Shown in pieces: positions 26,254 through 36,884 of a DNA stretch of 64,000 bases. The stretch is taken from assembly GCA_038060895.1 (NCBI GenBank), contig JBBTCT010000009.1, positions 144,082 to 208,081 of the forward strand. The letters are read 5' to 3'. The DNA comes from Planctomycetota bacterium (GTDB taxonomy: Bacteria > Planctomycetota > MHYJ01 > WSZJ01). The translations under genes were made by a program, and so were the position numbers. Position 1 is the first letter of the stretch. Each line of letters starts with the position of its first letter. The notes beneath the pieces are model-generated. The model ran no database searches, was not told where the DNA came from, and saw nothing but the letters and a program-made list of their open reading frames with translations.

Positions 26254-27504
26254 ATGCACTGTCGGATCCAGGTTCGTTACGCCCGCGGCGTGGACAGGCT
26301 GCGTGTCGCGCGGAGCCTGCTGGGTCTCTGGAATGGAACCAACAGGCCCCAGCTCTGTCATGTGCCCGCGTCGGGGCGGCTCTATCCGGCGGATGAGGGC
26401 AGCCTGGCGGAGGACCTCGAGTTCGACGCGGAGCACGTCGCAGTCGTGACGCTCAAGCACCGTCGCCGCAACAAGGACACCGACAGCGTTCGACTGCGCT
26501 TTTGCGAATCCGGCCACGAGCCCGCGGCGGACGACGCGGGCGAATGCCACGTCAATTTCCATCACGAGCGGGTGGACCACTCGGAGCCCGGTTACACCCC
26601 CGCGGACCTCGTCGAGATCCTCGCCGGCCTCGTCGCCGCGGGTCCGGTTTCCGAAGCGTACTGCTTCGGCGGAGACCCGTTTGCAGTCGGCGACTTTCGC
26701 GAAGCCGCGCGGCGGGCGAAGCGGGTCGACACGGGCGCCGGTGTTTTCCGGTCCCTCTGGTGGCTGACGTTTGTACCCGAGCGACGCCTGGCGCCGACGC
26801 TCGCGGAGCTGGACCGGCTCGGGATCGAACACGCCGTTCCCCGGAGCATCCACGACCGGGGATCCATCGTTTCGCTTTCGCCGAAATACCCCGGGAATTC
26901 CCCCGGGTTCCACGAGACCATCCGCCGCATCCGGCAACTGTCACGCGAAGAGGCGATTCGATCCTGGGTTCTCGACCTGGAAACCCTGCCCGTGTTTCGC
27001 CTGGCAGGGAAAGCCCTCGAAATCCGGCCTTTCCCGGCTCTCGATCATGCCGCTCCCGGCTCCTCCGCGGGCAGCGAATCCTCAGAGGCCAACCGTCGTT
27101 TCAGCGATCTCGCCCGCTCCTTTGCGGCAGGCAGGACTTCGGAAGGCCCCGTCGCGCTCCCGGGTGGATTTCCGCAGGGACGACTGGACCTGTCGAAGCC
27201 GAGCCTGGAAGCGGTCGCTGCGTACTTCCTGCACCTGCAGACGCACCTCGACGAAGTCGGCGCTCCCCAGCTGCAGCTGACGCTTCAGGCCGCGGGCGCC
27301 TACCTCGGTGAAATAGCCCGCCTGAACGCAGCCGAAGAGTTCCACTGGAAGGAGCACGAAGACTGGACGCGGACGCACGCGACGCTCGCTTCGAGGTTGC
27401 GAGGCGCATCGGGGAAGTGCGCCGCGCTGGTGTCCGAAGTGGCGGGAGTGGCCCGGCCCATCGACCGCGTGATGGAGCTGTTCCCGGGGGTCGCCGCGAT
27501 CTAG
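26254..27504 (+). CDS. hypothetical protein
   Basis: Long ORF; ATG 26254 with SD GGAGGA; C-terminal LDLSKPSLEAV...AGAYLGE motif weakly recalls DUF3806-like domains. Confidence 0.6.
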   Translation: MHCRIQVRYARGVDRLRVARSLLGLWNGTNRPQLCHVPASGRLYPADEGSLAEDLEFDAEHVAVVTLKHRRRNKDTDSVRLRFCESGHEPAADDAGECHVNFHHERVDHSEPGYTPADLVEILAGLVAAGPVSEAYCFGGDPFAVGDFREAARRAKRVDTGAGVFRSLWWLTFVPERRLAPTLAELDRLGIEHAVPRSIHDRGSIVSLSPKYPGNSPGFHETIRRIRQLSREEAIRSWVLDLETLPVFRLAGKALEIRPFPALDHAAPGSSAGSESSEANRRFSDLARSFAAGRTSEGPVALPGGFPQGRLDLSKPSLEAVAAYFLHLQTHLDEVGAPQLQLTLQAAGAYLGEIARLNAAEEFHWKEHEDWTRTHATLASRLRGASGKCAALVSEVAGVARPIDRVMELFPGVAAI

Positions 27505-28853
27505 TGCCCGCCGTCCGTCTCAGGCGGCCCGACGATGGTGATGATTTCCTTCAGCGCCGAATCTCGCTTCACTGCAGTTTTCGCCTCGAGATTCAGCCTG
27601 AGCACGGGCTCCGTGTTCGACTTCCGCACATTGCACCACCAGTCGCCATACTCGATCGTGATCCCGTCGAGGCGGTCCTGTTTGCCGTCGGCGAACTTCT
27701 TCGAGATCGTCTCGATCGCGCCGTCCTTGTCCTCGACATGGAAGTTGATCTCGCCGGTCGCGAAGTACCGCTTGAGCGGCGCCGAGTGCGCGGACGCCGG
27801 GCGCGAGTCGCCCATCAGCACGTTGAGCATGTGGACGAACGCGATCATCCCGCTGTCGGCGAACCAGTGCCCCCGGAAGTAATAGTGTCCGGACAGCTCG
27901 CCGCCGAAAGGCGCGTTCAGCTTGCGCATCGTCGCCTTCATGAACGCGTGCCCGACCCGGTCGCGGATCGCGCGTCCGCCAGCCGCTTCGACTTCCTCCT
28001 TCACGACCCACGACGAACGCAGGTCGTACACGATCGCCGCGCCCTTCTCCTTCGCCAGCATCCGGCGCGCCACCATCGCCGTGATAAAATCGCTCGCGAT
28101 CCGGTCGCCCTTCTCGTCCACAAACATGCACCGGTCTCCGTCGCCGTCAAACGCCGCGCCGAAGTCAGCCTTCGTCTCCCGCACCTTCGCCACCAGGTCG
28201 CGGATGTTCTCGTCCTTCAGCGGGTTGGGCTCGTGGTTGGGGAAGCGCCCGTCGGGCTGAAAGTACAGCGGGATGATCTCGAGAGGCCACGCGCCGAACA
28301 CCCTGTCGAAGAACTTCCCGACCATGCCGTTCGCCGTATCCACGACGATCTTCATTTTCCGCGGCGGCACCGTCAGGAATGATCGGACGTGTTTGGTGTA
28401 GCCCTCGAAGACGTCGCTCTGCGTCGTGAACCCGCGATCCACCGATGCCCGCGGAGTCTCCGTCATCGCCAGCACCGCCCGCTCGATGTCCTTGATCCCC
28501 GCAACTTCAGACAGCGGGATTGCTTCCTCCCGGCAAAGCTTGATCCCCGTGTACTTCGGCGGGTTGTGGGAAGCGGTGACCATGGCCCCACCGCCGTACT
28601 TCCCGGTGCCCACGGCGAAGTAAATCATCGGGGTCGTGCATTGCCCGATGTCGACGACGTTCGTCCCCGCGTCGGCGATTCCCTTGATGAGCGCCCGCGA
28701 CATGGAAGGAGAAGACTCGCGCGCGTCGCGGCCGACGACGATGGTCTTCGTCCGCAGGTAACCGGCCAACGCGTGGCCGACACGTTCGGCAGTTTCTTCG
28801 TGCATCTCCGTCGGGTAGATCCCGCGGATGTCGTACGCCTTGTAGATGCCCAT
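27501..28853 (-). CDS. phosphomannomutase/phosphoglucomutase
   Basis: KAYDIRG, VTASHNP, FDGDGDR, GELSGHYYF, VRKSNTEP; ATG at 28853. Confidence 0.95.
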   Translation of the reverse strand: MGIYKAYDIRGIYPTEMHEETAERVGHALAGYLRTKTIVVGRDARESSPSMSRALIKGIADAGTNVVDIGQCTTPMIYFAVGTGKYGGGAMVTASHNPPKYTGIKLCREEAIPLSEVAGIKDIERAVLAMTETPRASVDRGFTTQSDVFEGYTKHVRSFLTVPPRKMKIVVDTANGMVGKFFDRVFGAWPLEIIPLYFQPDGRFPNHEPNPLKDENIRDLVAKVRETKADFGAAFDGDGDRCMFVDEKGDRIASDFITAMVARRMLAKEKGAAIVYDLRSSWVVKEEVEAAGGRAIRDRVGHAFMKATMRKLNAPFGGELSGHYYFRGHWFADSGMIAFVHMLNVLMGDSRPASAHSAPLKRYFATGEINFHVEDKDGAIETISKKFADGKQDRLDGITIEYGDWWCNVRKSNTEPVLRLNLEAKTAVKRDSALKEIITIVGPPETDGGH

Positions 28854-28910
28854 GTGTTCCTTGCTCTTGAATCGAAGGACGTCCACGCCCGTTGCCCGGG
28901 CCATTGATCC

Positions 28911-28938
28911 TTGAAAATCGGAAATTGAACATCGAAAA
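28911..28938 (+). repeat. four degenerate 7-bp tandem repeats
   Basis: TTGAAAA TCGGAAA TTGAACA TCGAAAA. Confidence 0.55.
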
Positions 28939-29056
28939 CTCCTCCGTAGCCGCCGTCAGCTACACTTTCGGAACTGCCGGACACAGGGCCGGCGAATTCC
29001 GTCATTCCTGCCGAACATCGGGTCGGCGAAACACGAGACACGTTACGGAGGTTCCC

Positions 29057-29590
29057 ATGTCGAAATCTCTCTCTTCGCCCGCCGTCCGCACCGAACAGGT
29101 TCTTCTCATCGTGTTTGCTGACCTGACGCGCTACATGGCCGGCTCCCGCGGCACGCCCGATGCCGCCCTCGCCGACCTCATGGACGCGTATTACTGCTTC
29201 GCTGAATCGCAAGTCGCGCGCACCGGCGGCCGGCTCGTGAAGTTCATGGGCGACGCATTCCTCGCCGTCTGGCCGGAGGCCGAAGCGGCGGCCGCCGCAG
29301 GATCGCTTGCCAGTGTCAAACAAAACATCGACTCCTGGTGGGCGTCGAATGCCTGGGAGTCGCGCCTCGTCGTGAAGGCCCATCTCGGCCGCGTTGTCGC
29401 GGGCCCATTCGGAGCGGAGGGCCGGTTCGACGTTATCGGGAATGAGGTCAACATTGCGGCGACCCTGCCCGCCCGGACGATCGCGATTTCTCCGGAAGTG
29501 TTCCGGTGCCTCGGTGAGGCGGAGAGGAAGGCGTGGAAGAAGCACACGCCGCAGGTGGTTTACATTCCGGGCGAAGATCCGAGGCCATGA
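29057..29590 (+). CDS. stand-alone class III adenylate/guanylate cyclase-domain protein
   Basis: IVFADLTRY, LVKFMGDAFLA, FDVIGNEVNIAA; SD GGAGG. Confidence 0.85.
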   Translation: MSKSLSSPAVRTEQVLLIVFADLTRYMAGSRGTPDAALADLMDAYYCFAESQVARTGGRLVKFMGDAFLAVWPEAEAAAAAGSLASVKQNIDSWWASNAWESRLVVKAHLGRVVAGPFGAEGRFDVIGNEVNIAATLPARTIAISPEVFRCLGEAERKAWKKHTPQVVYIPGEDPRP

Positions 29591-29606
29591 TGCCCGGAAT
29601 GGGGTG

Positions 29607-30062
29607 TCAAGGCTCGGCGTAGATCAGGCACTGACGGCACTCCCTCCCGCGCTGCATCATGAAAAGGGCTTCGCTGCAGCGCGGGCAACGGGAGAGTGGG
29701 CGGAACCGGGGGCGGGTCGCATCCTGGAACCACCAGTACCGAGTCGGTTCGTCGCGATTCAGCCGTCGCACGAGTTCGAGCCCAAATTCGTGAACCTCGC
29801 CCGCCGGATTCAGAAGCTGCCGGCGGGCCCAGCCTTCGTATTCACCACTGGCGAGCCATAGCCGATAGAGCGAGTCCGCGAGGCCGGACCAATGCTTCAG
29901 CCCACTCACGACGAGTCTCGCCAGGCGCAGTCGCGACATGGGCACGTCTTTCCTGCACCGAAGGCACATCAAGGGTTCGGCCGAAAGTCGACTCACGAGG
30001 ACGACCCCTTGCCGTCCAGGACAGCGGCAACGCCCGGTGCGGTTTCGACGGCTGGAGTTCAT
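29607..30062 (-). CDS. DUF2310-like Zn-ribbon protein
   Basis: CRC...PLMCLRC..DVP...W...SGEYE.WA..QL...TRYW...CPRC...CRQC pattern. Confidence 0.6.
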   Translation of the reverse strand: MNSSRRNRTGRCRCPGRQGVVLVSRLSAEPLMCLRCRKDVPMSRLRLARLVVSGLKHWSGLADSLYRLWLASGEYEGWARRQLLNPAGEVHEFGLELVRRLNRDEPTRYWWFQDATRPRFRPLSRCPRCSEALFMMQRGRECRQCLIYAEP

Positions 30063-30463
30063 CGCGCGAAAACTGCTCGAAATCCTGCCTGCTCGAAATG
30101 ACGGTCCGCGGTAAGCGCTTCACCGAGCCTGCGGGCTCTCATGATTTCGAAGGAGGTGCAGTCCGTCAGTGACCATGCTTTGTCGGGACGAGAGGCATAG
30201 TGAGCGGCCCCAGCGGTCAACTGAGCTCTTGTCGCGCCCAAAACGCGAAATCGACAAAGCGATGGGATGCCTGCAAGGAACGAGGAGAACCGGTTTCTCC
30301 TCGATGGGGCAGAGAGTGCGTCGCCCACCTCGACGAGAATCCAATCGCAAGTGACGACCTTGCGGTCGAGCGCGATCGTAAACTCCTCAACAGCCTCGTG
30401 CGATTCGTCCTCAGGATTCAGAAGTGCCAGGAAGTACCAGGCATCCGCGAAACAGGAGTTCAC
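30059..30463 (-). CDS. vapC: PIN-domain toxin (VapC family)
   Basis: FADAWYFLAL, ILVEV, WSLTDCTSFEIM, ALTADRHFEQAGF. Confidence 0.9.
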   Translation of the reverse strand: MNSCFADAWYFLALLNPEDESHEAVEEFTIALDRKVVTCDWILVEVGDALSAPSRRNRFSSFLAGIPSLCRFRVLGATRAQLTAGAAHYASRPDKAWSLTDCTSFEIMRARRLGEALTADRHFEQAGFRAVFAR

Positions 30464-30696
30464 CGCTTCGGCGTTCCGTGGATGTAGTGATCGTGATTCC
30501 GGGCGAAGTCGCGTGGAAGGCCTTTGATGACGCCGGAGAAAGAGAGAAGGTATCGCCGGAGTTTCAGGATTTCCGGGTCGATGGGGCGGCTTTTCCCGGG
30601 CGGGGCCTTACCAGCAGGAACTTCGAGTTTTCTGCCGATTCGTCGCGCCTGAACGGCATCGCGAGCTCGGCTATGGGGTGTTTTGTGGCTGCTCAT
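30460..30696 (-). CDS. putative antitoxin of the PIN toxin
   Basis: 78 aa ending GLPRDFARNHDHYIHGTPKR, a tail typical of small genes preceding PIN toxins; 4-nt overlap with the toxin start. Confidence 0.75.
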   Translation of the reverse strand: MSSHKTPHSRARDAVQARRIGRKLEVPAGKAPPGKSRPIDPEILKLRRYLLSFSGVIKGLPRDFARNHDHYIHGTPKR

Positions 30697-30698
30697 GG

Positions 30699-31499
30699 CT
30701 ATTTTTCCAGCTTCCACTTCGGCGACTGCCCGAAGAACGAGTGCGGGTTGTCCCAGACAACCTTCTGAATCTCCGACTCGCTGAACCCGTCGGACCACAT
30801 CAGGTCGATGGTCTTCGGGACGGCCAGCGGATCGCTCGGGCCCCAGTCGGCAGCGCTGTTCATCAGCATGCGGTCGGTGCCGTACTTCTTGAGCACGGCG
30901 ACCATGCGCGGCGGGCTCATCTTGCTGACGGGATAGATCGTGAACCCGCACGTGACCTGCCCGCACGCGAGGGACATCTCGATCGTCTCCTCGGTGTTGT
31001 GATCGATCAGGATGCGCTTCGTGGTCAGCCCCATCTTCTCGATGCACTTGATCGTGCGCTCGGTGCCCTGCGGCTTTTTCACGTGCGGCGTGTGGATCAG
31101 GATCAGCTGGTTGTGCTTCTCAGCCCAATCCATCTGCCGCTTCATGATGTCTTCTTCGGCATCCGTAATCAGGTCGAATCCGACCTCGCCGATGCCGAGG
31201 CAGTTCGGCGCATCGACGTATTTGTACATGCCGTCCACCGCCTTGCTCGCGATCGCGTTGCGGGCTTCCTTCGGGTTCACCGCAAGGAACGTGTAGTGCG
31301 CGACGCCGTACTTTTTCGCGCGCTGCGGCTCAAACGTCGTGATGTGATTGAAATAATCCCAGAACGACTCCGGGTACTGGCGGTCGCTTCCCAGCCAGAA
31401 CCCGGGCTCAATCACGCACTGGACGCCGTTGGCGGACATCCGCTGATAGTCGTCGGTCGTGCGCGAGAACATGTGAACGTGCGGGTCGATGATCTTCAT
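30699..31499 (-). CDS. TatD-like metal-dependent hydrolase (EboB-like subfamily)
   Basis: IDPHVHMFSRTTDDY, NPKEA, IGEVG, IHTPH, IDHNTEET, NSAADWG.SDPLAVPKT. Confidence 0.85.
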   Translation of the reverse strand: MKIIDPHVHMFSRTTDDYQRMSANGVQCVIEPGFWLGSDRQYPESFWDYFNHITTFEPQRAKKYGVAHYTFLAVNPKEARNAIASKAVDGMYKYVDAPNCLGIGEVGFDLITDAEEDIMKRQMDWAEKHNQLILIHTPHVKKPQGTERTIKCIEKMGLTTKRILIDHNTEETIEMSLACGQVTCGFTIYPVSKMSPPRMVAVLKKYGTDRMLMNSAADWGPSDPLAVPKTIDLMWSDGFSESEIQKVVWDNPHSFFGQSPKWKLEK

Positions 31500-31549
31500 G
31501 CGGGTCCTTTCCCGGGGGCACTCTTCGACGTCTGCCCGACTGGACGATT

Positions 31550-33940
31550 TTATGCCACCCTGACGGGTTTTTCAGCATTTCCCGCCGAAGCGTTGGCCGC
31601 GCGGGCGTCCAACCCGAACTCAAGCAAAACGAGGGCCACGGCCAGCATGAGCAGCCACGGGGCGAGTTCCTTCGGCGGTGAGGGAATCGGTGCGGGGCCG
31701 GACGCGGGGCCTTCCAGGAGTGCGAGCAGGTCTGGTCGCGCTCCCGCCGTCGCATACTCGGCAGGCCAGGGACGTGAAGTGGCGGCGCGGGTGGGGCCGG
31801 CGGAGAGCGTGAACCGTCCGGCGGCGGGTTCGGGAATCCTGGCGCTGAAGCGGCTCGATCCGTGCCGCACGAGAGTCACGGCGCGGGTCGCGCCGTCGGG
31901 GAGAGTGAGTTCCGCCGTCACGGCCGCATCCTCTCCCGGCGTCAGCGGCTGCCAGTCCGCGAGCAGGTCGTCCGCCTCCACGGAGAGCGTGAGCTTTCCT
32001 CCGGGATCGGGCCTCGCGACTCGCGCCACCAGCCCCGCAATCTCAGCCCCCCAGCGCGCCGGGTCAGCGACCCATTCCGGGTCGAGAGCGCTCGCAAAAG
32101 CCGCAGCGCGTCCGCGCCCGAACGGCCGGGTGGCCGCGAGCGGGCGCCCGCCTGCGACAAAGAGCGATTCGGCACCGTCCTTGGGTTTGACGACGTTCAG
32201 TTGGCGCACGCCGGGAAGCCCTTCGCAGGGAAAATCTCCCTTTGCCGTCAGCCCCTGCTCACGGGCCAGGTCTTCCCGAAGAATCTTCGAGAGTTCGGCG
32301 AGGTTCTTCATCTTGTAGAAGTGCCCCGGGGCAATTTTCTCCAGGAGGGTGCCGTTGGCATCTGAGCCCTCCGCAATCGCCGACACTGTCGCCCCCGCAG
32401 AGCGGAGCGCATCGGCCCGCTCGATCAGCACCGCCGGATCTTCTGCGCTCTGGCCGTCGCTCACGAGCACGACATGCCGCTTTCCGCCCGAGCCGATCGC
32501 CTCGCTGGCCTTGGCCAGCGCCGGGGCGATGAGCGTCGGGCCTCCCGCGTCGAGCTGGTCGATGGCGCGGAGGAGGGAGGCCCGGTCAGAAGTGGGCGAG
32601 TGGATCCACCGTGCCTGCTCCGCGAAGGCAACGAACGCGAACGTCGTGTTCTCGCGTGCGGCGCCGACGAGCGACCGCAACGCCTCCCGCGCCTCGGCGA
32701 GTTTGCGTCGGCCCGGGGAGACCTCCTCGTTCATGGAACCGGAAGCGTCGAGAAGGACGACGAGGGTGAAATTCTCCTCGGGGACGGAAGTGACGGGGAG
32801 AGCTTCGTCGAGCGGTGTGTCGCCGAATCCGCCGGACCCGAAGCCGGCAGCGCCGCCGAGGACGAGCAGCCCGCCGCCGTTCCTCACGTAGTCCGCGAGA
32901 CGAGCCATCGCGGGATCGCCCAGTTCCTCCGCGGAGATGCCATCGAGCACGACTGCGGCGTAGAGCGAGAGGTCCATCGGTCTTACGGAGGATTCCGGAG
33001 AGAAGCGCTTGTCGGCCGCCAGCGCCGCTTCAGCAGAACGCCCCGCATCCGGGGCGAGAACGAGCACCGGAAGAGTTCCGTCGAGCAGCACCGGCGCTTC
33101 GTTCCTGTCGTTCGCCGGCGCGGAGTCGCGGAAATCCAGCGCCTGGATGCGGGCTTCGAGCCACGTGAGGGCCTGCGTCGCGGCGGGCTGGGGAAACACG
33201 ACGCGCGCCGGAATGCCGGCTTCGAGCCCGATGTCGCGGACGTCTCCGCCCAGGCTGACGCGCGCTTTCGTCGGGAGGGAGGCGGAAACCGTGACCACCG
33301 CATCGAAGCGCTCCCCGGCGCGAACCCGCCCCGGCGCTTCGACCCGGTCCACGCGCGCGTCCGTCCGGCGGGTGGAGCCGCACGGGACTGTCCGGACTGC
33401 GATGCCGCGCCGGCGTGCCGCGGCGGCGGCGATCGCGCCCGAGCTTCCGGCGGGAACCTCGCGTCCGTCCGAGATCACCACAACCTCGCCGTGCCTGCCG
33501 GCAGGAACAAGCGCACCGGCCAGGTCAATCCCCTCCGCCAACTTCGTTGCTTCATTTCGCGGCAGGGATCTTGACTTCGTGAGCTGAATCAGTCGTGCGG
33601 CCGGTCCCGGCGCAAGCTCAACGACCGCCCGCTCCCCGACCCACACGAGCGCCGCTTCATCCCCCGCTCCGAGGTCCTGCGCGTCCTGCTTCGCCAGCAT
33701 CAGGGCTTCGCCCGGTCCTCCTACGCTGGCCGAGGCGTCAAGCACGTAGACGCGGCACCGGGGAAGCTCCCCGGGTGACCCGAACCGGGGCCCGGCCGCG
33801 GCGGCAATGACGGCGAGCGCGGCAAGCGAACGAACGACCATCCGGCGACGCAGCCAGACGACGGCGGCAAGGGCCGGGAGCGCGGCAAGCAGGAGGAGGG
33901 GGTGGTCCAGGGTCGATTCGAAATGCAAAGGGTGGGCCAT
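31550..33940 (-). CDS. membrane protein with VWA and glutamine-amidotransferase-like domains
   Basis: Two VWA MIDAS-like motifs (LDASASV, LDASGSM; ISDG, VSDG); LADYVRNGGGLLVLGG; N- and C-terminal TM segments. Confidence 0.8.
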   Translation of the reverse strand: MAHPLHFESTLDHPLLLLAALPALAAVVWLRRRMVVRSLAALAVIAAAAGPRFGSPGELPRCRVYVLDASASVGGPGEALMLAKQDAQDLGAGDEAALVWVGERAVVELAPGPAARLIQLTKSRSLPRNEATKLAEGIDLAGALVPAGRHGEVVVISDGREVPAGSSGAIAAAAARRRGIAVRTVPCGSTRRTDARVDRVEAPGRVRAGERFDAVVTVSASLPTKARVSLGGDVRDIGLEAGIPARVVFPQPAATQALTWLEARIQALDFRDSAPANDRNEAPVLLDGTLPVLVLAPDAGRSAEAALAADKRFSPESSVRPMDLSLYAAVVLDGISAEELGDPAMARLADYVRNGGGLLVLGGAAGFGSGGFGDTPLDEALPVTSVPEENFTLVVLLDASGSMNEEVSPGRRKLAEAREALRSLVGAARENTTFAFVAFAEQARWIHSPTSDRASLLRAIDQLDAGGPTLIAPALAKASEAIGSGGKRHVVLVSDGQSAEDPAVLIERADALRSAGATVSAIAEGSDANGTLLEKIAPGHFYKMKNLAELSKILREDLAREQGLTAKGDFPCEGLPGVRQLNVVKPKDGAESLFVAGGRPLAATRPFGRGRAAAFASALDPEWVADPARWGAEIAGLVARVARPDPGGKLTLSVEADDLLADWQPLTPGEDAAVTAELTLPDGATRAVTLVRHGSSRFSARIPEPAAGRFTLSAGPTRAATSRPWPAEYATAGARPDLLALLEGPASGPAPIPSPPKELAPWLLMLAVALVLLEFGLDARAANASAGNAEKPVRVA

Positions 33941-34089
33941 GAGACGGCCCGTTGTTTATCGGCATTTCGCGCACTTCCGGCTGACTCGCCTCCCCGGGAG
34001 GCCGCGCCGGAAATCCTGAAACGCCCGCGTAATTCACGCGTCCAAGTTGGTGAGGTCCACCCCTTCTCCATTTGGTAAAATCCCCGCCC

Positions 34090-35490
34090 ATGCGACTTGG
34101 CCTGTTCCTCTTCCTGTGCCTCCTCGCCGTCGCCGGCGGTCTCGGATGGGGTGTCTGGGAGTACCAGCAGCAGAACCCCGCCAGCGCGAAACAGATCGTC
34201 GAGGGGCTCAAGCCTCTTCCCGCGGGCCAGCTCAAGCCCGGGGATGGAGGGAAGAAGCCCCCGGATAATGGCAGCTCGTCGGCCCAGAAACCGCCGGACA
34301 ACGGCACGAAACCGCCGGACCCGGTCATCAAACCGCCGGACCCGGTCGACCTGAAATCGACCGACCCGGTTCTGGTGGCCGTCGTCGAGGAGGGCGAGAA
34401 GCTGCACCGCGCAGGGAGTTTCGCGGCGGCGAAGCGCAAGTTCCTGCAGGCCCTCTCGGGGAGGCTTTCCCCGGAAGACCGCCGCAAGATCGAGACTCTC
34501 TCGCAGAACGCCGCGCTCTTCGCTGGCCTGGTCGAGCAGGTCAACGCTTCGGACATCCTTCCCGTGGACAACCGCGCGACGGTTTACCTCGAGAACGGAG
34601 GCGTAATCAACGGGGTGCTGGAGAAAGAGGGAAGCGACTTCATCGAGCTGCGCAAGGACAACGGGATCGTGGCGCGGTTTTCGTCGGTGCAGGTGAAGCG
34701 CGTGGAGAAACAGTCGAAGGAAGAAGTGCTGGCGGTGTTGAACAAGGAATTCGCGGAGAAGATGGAAGGGCTGGGGGCGAAGCCTTCCGGCGTGGACTAC
34801 TACGAGCTGGCGGTGTTTTGCATCAAGAACCAGCTGGACGACAAGGTGCTGGCGCTTCTGGAAACGGCGGTGAAGCTGGACCGGAACGTGATGCAGGCGG
34901 CGACGGAGACGAAGGCGAAGATGGTCTACAACCTCTACCAGTATTTCCTGAAGAAGGGAAATGCGGACGCGGCGGAGGGGAAGCGGCGTGAGCTTGTCGC
35001 GAAGTACCCGGAGTCCCGGTATGCGCGGTTGGTGGGTGGATTGGTGGCGAAGACGAGTCCGCCGAAGGATCCCGTGAAGCCGCCGAAGGACCCGGTGAAT
35101 CCGCCGAAAGACCCGGTGAAACCGCCGAGGGATCCGCAGGATCCGCCGCCCGAGGACCCGCCGGTTCCGGCCGATCCCGGCTCCGGTACGGGTTCGGGGG
35201 AACTGTCGGATCGGCCGCCGCCGAAATTCTCGAATGCGGTGGTGCAGGCTCACGTGGACAAGGGGAACAAGGCTTACGAGGAAGGGATGGTCCACCTGGA
35301 GAAGTCGTTCGACGAAAAGACTTCCGACCGTGATGCGGAGAACATGAAGGCGCTGAACTGTTTCAAGGCGGCGTGCACGAGCTACGAAGCTGCCGTCGAG
35401 ATCGACGAGAACAATGCGTGGCTGAACGACCGTCTTCGCCAGGCCGGCGAGAACCGCGTCATGTGTTTCATCGCGGCCAAGAAGAGGTAA
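34090..35490 (+). CDS. membrane-anchored hypothetical protein with Pro-rich repeats and TPR-like helices
   Basis: N-terminal TM; PPD and PPKDPVK repeats; LVAKYPESRYA. Confidence 0.75.
   Translation: MRLGLFLFLCLLAVAGGLGWGVWEYQQQNPASAKQIVEGLKPLPAGQLKPGDGGKKPPDNGSSSAQKPPDNGTKPPDPVIKPPDPVDLKSTDPVLVAVVEEGEKLHRAGSFAAAKRKFLQALSGRLSPEDRRKIETLSQNAALFAGLVEQVNASDILPVDNRATVYLENGGVINGVLEKEGSDFIELRKDNGIVARFSSVQVKRVEKQSKEEVLAVLNKEFAEKMEGLGAKPSGVDYYELAVFCIKNQLDDKVLALLETAVKLDRNVMQAATETKAKMVYNLYQYFLKKGNADAAEGKRRELVAKYPESRYARLVGGLVAKTSPPKDPVKPPKDPVNPPKDPVKPPRDPQDPPPEDPPVPADPGSGTGSGELSDRPPPKFSNAVVQAHVDKGNKAYEEGMVHLEKSFDEKTSDRDAENMKALNCFKAACTSYEAAVEIDENNAWLNDRLRQAGENRVMCFIAAKKR
35059..35142 (+). repeat. coding tandem repeat, 4 x 21 bp (PPKDPVK)
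   Basis: CCGCCGAAGGATCCCGTGAAG and three degenerate copies. Confidence 0.8.
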
Positions 35491-35542
35491 CAGCCGGGCG
35501 GCGAGTGACTCCGGGGGCATCGCGGCGTACACTTCGCGCCCC

Positions 35543-36883
<1,341 letters not shown>

Positions 36884-36884
36884 G

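Noticed and set aside
26221-26256. TAG of the deiodinase-like gene is in frame with the next ORF; possible pyrrolysine or readthrough
   Set aside because: The deiodinase domain is already complete, and the next gene has its own GGAGGA and ATG at 26254.
29057-30696. Cyclase next to a toxin as a Pycsar/CBASS-type defence system
   Set aside because: No co-oriented cNMP-binding effector; the cyclase has adenylate-type Lys/Asp residues and converges on the TA genes.
30699-31499. ebo gene cluster
   Set aside because: Only the EboB-like hydrolase is present; no eboA, C, D, E or F neighbours.
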